DNA of 62,049 bases, the filler included. It is 6 parts of 6 records of this genome, joined end to end, with 100 filler letters (N's around TTAATTAATTAA, not from the genome) between each part and the next. Parts side by side here need not be neighbours in the genome. Positions count along the whole stretch, not along the records: positions 23,380 to 45,021 come from SRR2962707_5184; 5 more parts are not named here. One strand, given 5' to 3'. The notes beneath the pieces were generated by a model, which was not told where the DNA came from, did no database searches, and saw only the letters and a list, made by a program, of their open reading frames with translations. A program made the translations under genes and the position numbers. Below, one piece after another: positions 23,503 to 32,147 of this stretch; the stretch's first letter is position 1, and the number at the start of each line of letters is the position of its first letter.

Positions 23503-23599
23503 GGAAACTCCTCACAGGATCAGCGTCGCTGCCCGTCTCGTCTTGGTCTTAGGGAAAATGCACCTTCGGACGAAGGCGAGAGAAGCATGTAGCTATGGT

Positions 23600-24044
23600 T
23601 TGGTCCAGAGTCAATCCAAACTGTCCCCAGAGCATGGAAGTGCAGGAGGCTCACCTAATAATAGATTAAGATTATAGAGATGATGAGGAATGTAGGAAGC
23701 GACAATCCTCTGGATAAGTCATTTCTACATGATTTATACACACCCGTGGACTCTGTGGGTAAAAGCACGGAAAATTTCATAAAAAACTAGATCATGATAT
23801 TCTAATACTATGATAAAAAGACAAAAACCGGGTTATTTTTCGATTCACACTCTGTGGATAAGTCTGGAGAGAAGTCTGAAGTTTCGCCGTTGTAAGCGGC
23901 CCTGACTTATTCTTATCCATAGGAGGAAAACATTGCCGACTCGGCGCGGGGAGATGGCGTTATCCCCCGCCTTGCAATACAAGCACTTTTTCCGCAGAAG
24001 AGACTCAGCTGATGTGAGCAGGGTTATCAACGGGTTTATCCACA
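23600..24044. other. Probable chromosomal replication origin (oriC)
   Basis: DnaA boxes TTATACACA 23734-42, TGTGGATAA 23853-61 and TTATCCACA 24036-44; one-mismatch boxes at 23709-17, 23754-62 and 23913-21; AT-rich tract ~23761-23840; several GANTC sites; lies between rho and maf. Confidence 0.8.
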
Positions 24045-24643
24045 TGCCGCAGGAGATCATTCTTGCCTCGGGGTCGTCCATTCGGTCGGATCTGCTGCGT
24101 GCGGCGGGTATTGTGCATCGAATCGATGTGCCACGGATTGACGAAGATGCTGTTCGCTCTGCGCTGGCCCTGGAAGAGGCGTCCCCGCGGGATGTGGCCG
24201 ATACGCTTGCTGAAATGAAGGCCCGAAAGATCAGTGACCGCACTCCGGGCGCCCTCGTTTTGGGCTGTGATCAGGTTCTGTCCATCGACCGTGATATACT
24301 TGGCAAACCAGCGGACATGAATGAAGCGCGGTCGCACCTGCAACGTTTGCGCGGTAAAACGCACATGCTCTTGTCGGCGGCGGTGTTGTATGAGGATAGC
24401 GCCCCGCTTTGGCGGCATGTGGGCATTGCCCGTCTGACCATGCGCGACATTTCGGATACCTATCTGGAAGATTATCTGAACCGCAACTGGGACAGCATCC
24501 ACCATTCGGTTGGCGGCTACAAACTGGAAGAGGAAGGTGTGCGCCTGTTTACCCACATTCAGGGCGATCACTTTACCATTCTTGGCCTGCCTTTGCTTGA
24601 ACTGCTCAATCATCTCATCCTGAAAGGAACCCTCCCTTCATGA
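24044..24643 (+). CDS. maf: Maf family nucleoside triphosphate pyrophosphatase
   Basis: IILASGS.IR..LL, KARKIS, LVLGCDQVL, SVGGYKLE, ILGLPL; start moved to the ATG at 24044. Confidence 0.93.
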   Translation: MPQEIILASGSSIRSDLLRAAGIVHRIDVPRIDEDAVRSALALEEASPRDVADTLAEMKARKISDRTPGALVLGCDQVLSIDRDILGKPADMNEARSHLQRLRGKTHMLLSAAVLYEDSAPLWRHVGIARLTMRDISDTYLEDYLNRNWDSIHHSVGGYKLEEEGVRLFTHIQGDHFTILGLPLLELLNHLILKGTLPS

Positions 24644-25473
24644 CCGTGGACCGGATTCCCCTGGCCGGCGTCATCGGCGCGCCGATCCAACATTCAAAAT
24701 CACCGCGTCTGCACGGGCACTGGCTGCGCAGATATGGGTTAAGGGGGCATTATATCCCGATGGAAATCGCGGCGGCCGATCTGGAAGGCGCGCTTCGTAT
24801 GTTGCCAAATCTGGGCTTCGTGGGCGTCAATGTCACCACGCCCTACAAGGAACGCGTGATGGAGATTGCGGATCTTGTGACGGATCGCGCCACGTTGATC
24901 GGCGCGGCCAACACGCTGATCTTTCGCAAGGACGGCAAGATCCATGCCGACAACACGGATGGCTATGGTTTTATCGAGAATTTGCGCCAGAACGCGCCCA
25001 ATTGGAATCCCGCCGCTGGGCCGGCCGTGGTTATGGGCGCCGGCGGTGCTGCGCGGGCTGTCATTGCGAGCCTGCTGGATTGCGGTGTGCCCGAAATTCG
25101 ACTGACAAACCGGACCCGCGTTAGGGCCGACAAGCTGCGCGAGGATTTTGGCCAGCGTGTCCATGTGGTTGAATGGGTTCAGGCCGGCAATGTGCTGGAC
25201 GATGCAATGACCGTGGTGAACACGACCTCGCTTGGCATGGAGGGCAAACCGGAAATGCGGGTTCCGCTGGATGGGTTGCGGCCCGGCACGCTTGTCACTG
25301 ACATCGTTTATACTCCATTGCAGACGCATCTGTTACGCATTGCTGCCGAACAGGGTTGCATCTGTGTGGACGGTCTGGGGATGTTACTGCACCAGGCCGT
25401 TCCGGGGTTTGAACGCTGGTTTGGCCGACGGCCAGAGGTTGATGATGTGACCCGCGCTGCCATTCTGGAATGA
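24640..25473 (+). CDS. aroE: Shikimate dehydrogenase
   Basis: HSKSP, GVNVT.PYKE, GAANT, DNTDGYGF, GAGGAARA, DGLGMLLHQA. Confidence 0.96.
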   Translation: MTVDRIPLAGVIGAPIQHSKSPRLHGHWLRRYGLRGHYIPMEIAAADLEGALRMLPNLGFVGVNVTTPYKERVMEIADLVTDRATLIGAANTLIFRKDGKIHADNTDGYGFIENLRQNAPNWNPAAGPAVVMGAGGAARAVIASLLDCGVPEIRLTNRTRVRADKLREDFGQRVHVVEWVQAGNVLDDAMTVVNTTSLGMEGKPEMRVPLDGLRPGTLVTDIVYTPLQTHLLRIAAEQGCICVDGLGMLLHQAVPGFERWFGRRPEVDDVTRAAILE

Positions 25474-26063
25474 GGTTCAAGCTGGGCCTGACCGGATCAA
25501 TCGGTATGGGCAAATCGACGACGGCAAATATGTTTGCCGAACAGGGCTGCGCCCTGTGGGATGCAGATGCAGCGGTGCACCGACTTTACAGTACAGGCGG
25601 GGCTGCTGTGGGCCCAATGCGGGCACTGTTCCCGGGGGCAGTTACAGCGCATGGCGTAGACCGGACCACTCTGCGCGAGGTTATTGCCAGAGATCCCACC
25701 GCGATCAGACAGATAGAAGCGATCGTGCATCCGCTGGTGCAGCAGGACCGGCAAAAGTTTGTCACCGCCAACCCGGGGCGCATCGGTGTGTTCGATATAC
25801 CCCTGCTGTTCGAAACTGGCGGGGGCGCGGAAATGGACGCGGTGGCCTGTGTTTATGTATCCGGCGACGTTCAGCGCCAAAGGGTTCTTGCCCGTGGCAC
25901 GATGAGTGTCAGCCAGTTCGAGCAGATCCTGGCGCGCCAGATGCCGATTGTGGAAAAACGCGCCCGATCAGATTATCAGATCGAAACCGACACCCTTGAG
26001 CATGCCCGTGCCCGAGTGCAGGATGTGCTGAAAGATATCGAAAGGCGGCTGACCCATGCGTGA
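25470..26063 (+). CDS. coaE: Dephospho-CoA kinase
   Basis: GLTGSIGMGKST, DADA.VH, IVHPLV, DIPLLFE. Confidence 0.96.
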   Translation: MRFKLGLTGSIGMGKSTTANMFAEQGCALWDADAAVHRLYSTGGAAVGPMRALFPGAVTAHGVDRTTLREVIARDPTAIRQIEAIVHPLVQQDRQKFVTANPGRIGVFDIPLLFETGGGAEMDAVACVYVSGDVQRQRVLARGTMSVSQFEQILARQMPIVEKRARSDYQIETDTLEHARARVQDVLKDIERRLTHA

Positions 26064-26748
26064 GATTGTGCTCGACACCGAAACAACGGGATTTGATCCG
26101 CAATCCGGTGATAGGATCGTCGAAATCGGTGCCGTCGAATTGATGGGTCACATCCCGACAGGAAACACCTATCACCAGTACATCAACCCGGAACGCATGA
26201 TGCCGAACGAGGCGTTTCAGGTCCACGGCTTGGGAGATGATTTCCTAAGAGATAAGCCCAAATTCGCGCAGGTCGCAGAGGCCTTTCTGGCCTTTGTGGG
26301 TGAGTCCAAGATGGTGATCCACAACGCCGCGTTCGACATGAAATTTCTCAACGCCGAATTGCGCAGGTTGGGTATGCGACAGCTGCCCTGGGAACAGGCA
26401 ATCGATACGCTGGCCATCGCGAAAAAGAAATTCCCTGGCTCGCCGGCCTCGCTCGATGCGCTTTGCCGTCGTTTCAACATCGATAATTCGTCGCGCACCC
26501 TGCACGGGGCCCTTCTCGATTCCGAGATTCTGGCCGAAGTTTACCTGGAACTTGTCGGTGGTAAGCAGCCCGATTTTGGTCTGTCCCAGACGCAAAATGA
26601 GTCGCGCACCAGCACGGCTAGCGACCAGAACTGGCGCCCCCTGCCGCGTCCACAGCCCCTGCCCGCGCGGCTTACGGAAATGGAAAAGGCGGCACATGCC
26701 GCCTTTGTTGCCAAGCTTGGGGATTCTGCCCTGTGGTCAAAGGGCTGA
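26056..26748 (+). CDS. dnaQ: DNA polymerase III epsilon subunit
   Basis: LDTETTG, HNAAFD, SLDALC, HGALLDSEIL. Confidence 0.97.
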   Translation: MREIVLDTETTGFDPQSGDRIVEIGAVELMGHIPTGNTYHQYINPERMMPNEAFQVHGLGDDFLRDKPKFAQVAEAFLAFVGESKMVIHNAAFDMKFLNAELRRLGMRQLPWEQAIDTLAIAKKKFPGSPASLDALCRRFNIDNSSRTLHGALLDSEILAEVYLELVGGKQPDFGLSQTQNESRTSTASDQNWRPLPRPQPLPARLTEMEKAAHAAFVAKLGDSALWSKG

Positions 26749-26749
26749 T

Positions 26750-27259
26750 TCAGGCGGTGCCGACCGGTGCCTGTGTGGCCTGACGGCGCGCGATTTCATT
26801 CCGATACAGTGACACAAAGTCGATGGTTTCGAGGTTTAGCGCAGGGAAACCGCCGTCGCGGGTCACGTCCGAAACGATCCGGCGCACGAACGGGAAAAGC
26901 ATGCGCGGGCATTCGATCAGCAGAAATGGATGCAGCTGGTCTTCGGGCACGTTTTCGATGTTGAACACGCCGGCATAGTCCAGTTCCATCAGGAACAGCT
27001 GGTCCCGGCTTTCCTTCGCCTTGGCATCGACCTTCAGCTTCATCACCACTTCGTACTGGTTATCCGCCGTACGCTTGCGCGCGTCGAGGTTCACCTGAAC
27101 CTGAACATCGGGAACGGTTTCGCCGCCCGTACCCCTTTGAGCGAGGATATTTTCAAACGACATATCGCGGATGAACTGTGCCAGCACGCTCATCTTGATC
27201 TGCGGTACCGCGGCGGCACCGTTTTGTGCGCCGTTTGCTGTCGGTTCGTCTGCCATCAT
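26750..27259 (-). CDS. secB: Protein-export chaperone SecB
   Basis: QFIRDMSFEN, YAGVF, LLIECPRMLFPFVR, GGFP.L.L..IDF. Confidence 0.96.
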   Translation of the reverse strand: MMADEPTANGAQNGAAAVPQIKMSVLAQFIRDMSFENILAQRGTGGETVPDVQVQVNLDARKRTADNQYEVVMKLKVDAKAKESRDQLFLMELDYAGVFNIENVPEDQLHPFLLIECPRMLFPFVRRIVSDVTRDGGFPALNLETIDFVSLYRNEIARRQATQAPVGTA

Positions 27260-27347
27260 CTTTTCCCTATGAAGTCAATTTCGCACAGTGCTTAACAGCA
27301 ACCTGCGACTGCCTCAATGGTTACACGCTGCACTGGAACCGTGGAAA

Positions 27348-27857
27348 TCAGTGCTTGGTCCAGCCTGATCCCGGGTGCGTGGGCTGCTTGGTTGGCAGGG
27401 CTTTGTCGGGTGACGTGACGTCTTCGTATTCGCCGTCGATCACATCGCCAGGTGTGCCGGGATGCGGACGCCTTTGTGGACCCGGTCCACCACCCATTTC
27501 AAAACGCTGCACCTTGACGTGTTTGCGCAGGTAATTGATCACGGCGGTCCGGACAGGCGGTGTCAAAAGTGCGAACCCCATGGCATCCGTGAAAAAACCC
27601 GGTGTCAGCAGCAGTACGCCGGCGACAAGGATCATGGCACCGTGGGCCAAGGGTTCGGTCGGATCGCGCAGGTCGGAAAATGACTGACGTACATTTTTAA
27701 GCGCCAGCGCACCCTGTGATCGCACCAGCCACGTCCCCAGAACAGCGGTGAGAACCACAATCGCGAGTGTTGGCCAAAGACCGATCAGCCCCCCGACCTT
27801 GATGAACAAAGCAATCTCGATGATCGGGACTGCTAGAAAAGCCGCAAACAGCCACAT
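27348..27857 (-). CDS. fxsA: FxsA family membrane protein
   Basis: PIIEIALFI.VG, LLLTPGFFTD, VIDGEY. Confidence 0.93.
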   Translation of the reverse strand: MWLFAAFLAVPIIEIALFIKVGGLIGLWPTLAIVVLTAVLGTWLVRSQGALALKNVRQSFSDLRDPTEPLAHGAMILVAGVLLLTPGFFTDAMGFALLTPPVRTAVINYLRKHVKVQRFEMGGGPGPQRRPHPGTPGDVIDGEYEDVTSPDKALPTKQPTHPGSGWTKH

Positions 27858-27961
27858 AGGTCTGGTCTCCTTCTCCTGCGGTGCGGTGGACACAACCGCT
27901 TACAGCACCTACATAAGGTATTAACTGACCCTTTTAAATGCACGCCCACCGCGAGGTCTCG

Positions 27962-28621
27962 ATGAACTCACCGATAATACAGCTTCTGGTTCTTGCCGGA
28001 GTGGCCGTTTTCCTGATTTTGCGCTTGCGCGGCGTGTTGGGAACGCGGGAAGGTTTTGAAAAACCGACGACACCGGCACCGATGTCAAAAAGCAAGACAC
28101 GTCCCGAATTCGAGGTGATCGAGGGGGGGCCGGATCACGATATCATCGATCATGTGCCCGAAGGCAGCCCCGCTGCGGATGCGCTGGCGCGTATGAAGCG
28201 GATCGAGCCGAGCTTTGGCGTGGGTGATTTTCTTGGTGGCGCCCGCGGCGCCTATGAAATGATCTTGATGGCCTTTGAACGTGGTGATCTGGCGGAAATT
28301 CAGCCCTTTTTGGGCCCGGATGTTGCCGAAACCTTTGCTGTGGTGTTGCAATCCCGCAAGGAGCAGGGGCTGGAGATTGAATCAGACTTTGTTGGTATCC
28401 GCGAAATGGTGTTGCAGGATGCGACGCTGAACGACGAAACCGGTCTGGCAGAATTGACGGTCCGGTATGTTGGGGAACTGACCTCGGTCGTGCGTGACAG
28501 CACCGGAACGATCATCGAAGGCAACGCCAAGCAGACCAAAAAGCAAAAAGATATCTGGACCTACGCGCGCAACATGGGCAGTGACGATCCCAACTGGCAA
28601 CTCGTCGCCACGGGCGAATGA
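27962..28621 (+). CDS. Tim44/TimA family adaptor protein
   Basis: FLILRLR.VLG.REG, FL.GARGAYEMI, DIWTYAR..DPNWQLVAT. Confidence 0.93.
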   Translation: MNSPIIQLLVLAGVAVFLILRLRGVLGTREGFEKPTTPAPMSKSKTRPEFEVIEGGPDHDIIDHVPEGSPAADALARMKRIEPSFGVGDFLGGARGAYEMILMAFERGDLAEIQPFLGPDVAETFAVVLQSRKEQGLEIESDFVGIREMVLQDATLNDETGLAELTVRYVGELTSVVRDSTGTIIEGNAKQTKKQKDIWTYARNMGSDDPNWQLVATGE

Positions 28622-28665
28622 TCCGGGCGCGGTCTGCGTCAGCTTTGTTGGATCTGCATCCATGA
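28618..28665 (+). pseudogene. 15-codon mini-ORF; probable in-frame deletion scar of mltA
   Basis: MIRARSASALLDLHP*. Its ATG overlaps the tim44 stop (ATGA) and its TGA overlaps the smr start (ATGA), at the position normally held by mltA. Confidence 0.5.
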
Positions 28666-29255
28666 CTCGGCGGCGCGTGCGTCCCGAAGAGCTTGAGCTT
28701 TGGCGCGAGGTGGCGCGCACTACCGAAAAGCAGGGCCGACGGGACCACTTTGCACCCATCGGCCCTGCCCCGCGCAAGCCGATCAGCGAAAATGCGCCCA
28801 ATCCAGTCGCGCCACTGGCACCGTTCACGCTGGGTCAGACATCCCAGACCCGTCCGGAAAGTCCGTCCTTGCCCCGCACCACGGCACAGCGGCTGAACGG
28901 CGCGCCGGTTCAGATGGATAAAAAGGCGCATACCCGTCTCAAGCGCGGCAAGCTCGCGCCAGAGGCGCGGATGGACCTGCACGGCATGACGCTGGATCAG
29001 GCGCATCCAAGCCTGATCCGGTTCATCCTGACACAACAGTCCCAAGGCGCTCGGCTGGTTCTGGTAATCACCGGCAAGGGTCAGCGCGAAGACCCCTATG
29101 CGCCCATGCCCCACCGCCGCGGCGTGTTGAAACAGCAGGTGCCGATGTGGCTGCGTATGGCACCCGTGGCGCAGGCAGTGCTTCAGGTGACAGAGGCGCA
29201 TATCCGACATGGCGGCGGTGGGGCCTATTACGTCTATCTGCGTCGCAGTCGTTAG
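28662..29255 (+). CDS. Smr/MutS2 domain protein
   Basis: ARMDLHGMT, LVLVITGKG, GVLKQQVP.WL, HGGGGAYYVYL. Confidence 0.93.
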   Translation: MTRRRVRPEELELWREVARTTEKQGRRDHFAPIGPAPRKPISENAPNPVAPLAPFTLGQTSQTRPESPSLPRTTAQRLNGAPVQMDKKAHTRLKRGKLAPEARMDLHGMTLDQAHPSLIRFILTQQSQGARLVLVITGKGQREDPYAPMPHRRGVLKQQVPMWLRMAPVAQAVLQVTEAHIRHGGGGAYYVYLRRSR

Positions 29256-30478
29256 ACGTTGCCGACCTTTAGCAAGGGCGTCGCCTGCCGCACACCGATC
29301 AGCATCATCACTGTGGTAAAGATAAAATAGGCGGCGATGGCGACATACTGCGTGTCGATGGACACGTCGGCGTCGATCAGAACGCCGGTCAGCCCTGGCC
29401 CGATAGCTGTGCCAAAGACCATGACCGCTGTGCCCATAGCCTTGATTGAACCCATGTGCTGGGTGCCAAAGAATTCCGCCCAGAAGGCATTTGGCAGGGT
29501 CGATTGCATGCCTTGGGTGAGGCCCAGGAACATCAGGCCCAAGAATGCGCCGCCAAGGGTTCCGGACTGTGCAAAAAACAGGAATGCGACTGCGGACGGC
29601 AATTGGAACCACGGCAACACCCGTGGGGTGCCGAACCGGTCGAGCGCCCAACCCGAGGCGATCATTGATCCGACCCCGAACAGTGTGAAGACGGGGAACA
29701 TGGTGACCAGCGACAGATGATCCCAGCCCTTGGTAGCGGCAAAATGCACTTGATGGAAAAAGAACGCGGTGGTGAACGCGGGCGGCCCTAAAAGCGCTGG
29801 CACCATGAACCAGAACAGCCGGTTACGAAACACTTCGCCACGGCGCCAATGGCGGCCTTCCATGCCGGTGGATTGATCGGTTTGTGCCATGCTTTGTGGC
29901 GTGCGCTCCTCGCGCAGCAACAGGAAGAGCACCGGAATTGCTGCCAGAGCCACGCCGGCGACGATAACCCAGAGCAGGCGCCAGTCCACGACCAGCATCA
30001 GCGAAACAACGGTGATTGGCAGAATCGCCTCGCCCACCGCGATGCCAAGGCCGGCTATCGACAGCGCCTTGCCTCTTGTGGCGACAAACCAGCGCGACAT
30101 GGACACCACCGCGATGTGATTGGTCATGCCTTGTCCGAAAAATCGCAGTGCGAAAATGACCACCGGCAGCAGGGCGGCCATGGGATTGAGCGCCATGAAA
30201 AGGCAGGCGAACGCCAGAAGGCACAGCACAACGGCCCCGAGAATACGGGAGCGGTAATGGTCCGTCAGCCCGCCGGCCCAGACCATCACAATGGCTGAAC
30301 AGGTGGTGCCCAAGGCATAAATTCCACCCCAGGCGCCGTTGCTCAGGGAAAAAGCATCGCGGATTTCACCAGAAAAGACTGAGATAAAGAAGGTCTGCCC
30401 AAAGCTGGATAGAAAGCTGAGCATCGCGCCGGCGGCGAGCCATCGGGCATTTTCGCGGAAAAAGGAGTCAGAAGCCAT
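29252..30478 (-). CDS. MFS transporter
   Basis: About 12 TM helices, SSFGQTFFIS, GWALDRFG. Confidence 0.9.
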   Translation of the reverse strand: MASDSFFRENARWLAAGAMLSFLSSFGQTFFISVFSGEIRDAFSLSNGAWGGIYALGTTCSAIVMVWAGGLTDHYRSRILGAVVLCLLAFACLFMALNPMAALLPVVIFALRFFGQGMTNHIAVVSMSRWFVATRGKALSIAGLGIAVGEAILPITVVSLMLVVDWRLLWVIVAGVALAAIPVLFLLLREERTPQSMAQTDQSTGMEGRHWRRGEVFRNRLFWFMVPALLGPPAFTTAFFFHQVHFAATKGWDHLSLVTMFPVFTLFGVGSMIASGWALDRFGTPRVLPWFQLPSAVAFLFFAQSGTLGGAFLGLMFLGLTQGMQSTLPNAFWAEFFGTQHMGSIKAMGTAVMVFGTAIGPGLTGVLIDADVSIDTQYVAIAAYFIFTTVMMLIGVRQATPLLKVGNV

Positions 30479-30539
30479 GAATCCTCTTTGTCGCCGACAA
30501 TTGAGCTGTGCAAGCGGATTTCGCCGCCGCCCGATTTCA

Positions 30540-30900
30540 CATCTGCATGGCCCGCCGTTCTGACAGATTTACGTGCAATCCCTGCAGTACCCAAGCGATA
30601 AGCATAACGGCTGGCGCCGACTCGCGGTGGCGCACCTTTTCCTCGGTCCAGAAACCGGTTTCAGGTATCTTTTTTGTGCCATTCCTTGGCATCAGGTTCA
30701 CAAGTTATTCAAATATTGTCGCCGACAACTTGGAAAAGCGTAGCTAAAACGTCACGCCTGCGTGCGGTGTATGCAATGCCGGTGGCTTCATTCATCTTGC
30801 GTACCTTGCTCTGGGCTTTGCATGTCGGTCTACTGCGGCGATATTGCTGCAACCATGACGCCACTTGGGGCAGGGAAGGCGGATCCAAAACTGCCGTTGA
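30540..30900 (-). pseudogene. Eroded relic of crtD (methoxyneurosporene desaturase); 5' and possibly 3' ends
   Basis: HGCSNIAAVDRHAKP/(frameshift)SKVRK...RDVLATLFQVVGDNI resembles the recalled CrtD N-terminus (GxDVTVxxRHxxPGGKMR...RHVFxxLFxxxGExL). RGKGAPPRVGA (30613-30645) resembles the C-terminal AGGGAHPGAGV. Divergent from crtE. Alignments were made by eye. Confidence 0.5.
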
Positions 30901-31028
30901 CAGGTGGTGCATACCGGGATTTTGGTCAGGGTTTTGGTGATATGCAGACTGAATTGGAATGAGTACTTATTATGATTTACGCAGTGGGCTGATGGCAGCA
31001 TGACACATCCAGTCGCAGGAGCCCGCCC

Positions 31029-31901
31029 ATGCCCCTGAATGCGCGTATAGAAGCCGCTGTACGCAATGCCGTTTCAGTTGGGCAAGGCGGGTTCGCGCCG
31101 CCGCATCTTTCCAAGGCGCTGTGCTATGCGACCACCCCCGGCGGCGCACGGATCAGGCCGACCATCCTAACATCCGTGGCGATGGCCTGTGGGGATGACC
31201 AACCTCAGCTGACGGATGCGGCGGCGGCGGCGCTTGAACTTGTGCACTGTGCCAGCCTTGTGCATGACGATCTGCCCTGCTTTGATGATGCGGATGTGCG
31301 GCGAGGTAAACCTTCGGTCCACAGGGCCTATTCGGAATCGTTGGCAGTTTTGACGGGCGATTCCCTGATCGTTCTGGCGTTCGAAACACTGGCAAGAGCG
31401 GCAACCTCTGTGTCCGACAGAGGAATCCGGTTGGTCCTGTCGCTGGCCCAGAAGACCGGTATGCCCGGCGGTATCTGCGCCGGGCAGGGCTGGGAAAGCG
31501 AACAAAAGATTGATCTTTCAGCCTATCACCAGTCAAAAACCGGGTCGCTTTTTATTGCCGCTACCCAAATGGGTGCTATTGCCGCCGGCCAGGACTGCGA
31601 ACCGTGGCATGAACTCGGTGCCCGCATAGGTGAGGCGTTTCAGGTCGCGGACGATCTGTGCGACGCACTGCAGGATGCAGCCACCCTTGGCAAACCGGCA
31701 GGTCAGGACGCATTGCACGGACGGCCCAATGCGGTCTCTCAACTTGGGATTGAGGGGGCGATGCAACGGCTCGAAGATATCCTTGCCGGCGCGATCGCAT
31801 CGATTCCGTCCTGCCCGGGCGAGGCGCAGCTGGCGCAGATGGTCAAAATGCAGGCGGATCGTATCATGCCCGTTATGAAGCCCGCAAAGGCCCGTGCCTA
31901 A
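31029..31901 (+). CDS. crtE: Geranylgeranyl diphosphate synthase, photosynthesis-cluster type
   Basis: PGGARIRP, HCASLVHDDLPCFDD..RRGKP, GICAGQGWESE, YHQSKTG, FQVADDL, IPSCPGEA.L. Confidence 0.93.
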   Translation: MPLNARIEAAVRNAVSVGQGGFAPPHLSKALCYATTPGGARIRPTILTSVAMACGDDQPQLTDAAAAALELVHCASLVHDDLPCFDDADVRRGKPSVHRAYSESLAVLTGDSLIVLAFETLARAATSVSDRGIRLVLSLAQKTGMPGGICAGQGWESEQKIDLSAYHQSKTGSLFIAATQMGAIAAGQDCEPWHELGARIGEAFQVADDLCDALQDAATLGKPAGQDALHGRPNAVSQLGIEGAMQRLEDILAGAIASIPSCPGEAQLAQMVKMQADRIMPVMKPAKARA

Positions 31902-31962
31902 GGCGCGATCCTGATGCATGTATCACCCAAGTCCGCAAAGGTGCCTGCCCAATGAAGATGTG

Positions 31963-32127
31963 GTCTTAGGGATCTGTGGTTTCTTTTGCAGAGCTGACAA
32001 GATCCTGAGTTGAGCGGCAGACGGGTGGCAGAACATCGATATTCAAAACCTGATTTTCCTGGCTTATATTGCAGACCATCTGATCAAGGCGCGCTGGGCT
32101 GCGCACCCGGGGATCGGGGTCACGAGC
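31963..32127 (+). pseudogene. Eroded 3' relic of bchP (geranylgeranyl reductase)
   Basis: One frame reads VLGICGFFCRADKILS*AADGWQNIDIQNLIFLAYIADHLIKARWAAHPGIGVTS, colinear with the recalled BchP C-terminus (..DxDVQRLTFEAYMNKKLVKARPLAHLKIGVKN). Internal stop at 32011; no start; directly upstream of idi. Confidence 0.65.
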
Positions 32128-32147
32128 CCACCAAAAGGAGACGATAC

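Noticed and set aside
28512-29651. Long alternative-frame ORFs in the GC-rich contig (also 34414-35355, 24005-24613)
   Set aside because: Shadow ORFs overlapping well-supported genes.
30900-31028. PpsR/CrtJ site (TGT-N12-ACA) upstream of crtE
   Set aside because: The best candidate I found is TGT-N12-TCA on the minus strand; it may be eroded but cannot be supported.
31902-31962. crtF 5' remnant after crtE (MHVSPKSAKVPAQ*)
   Set aside because: The position fits, but it is too short and in a poorly conserved region.
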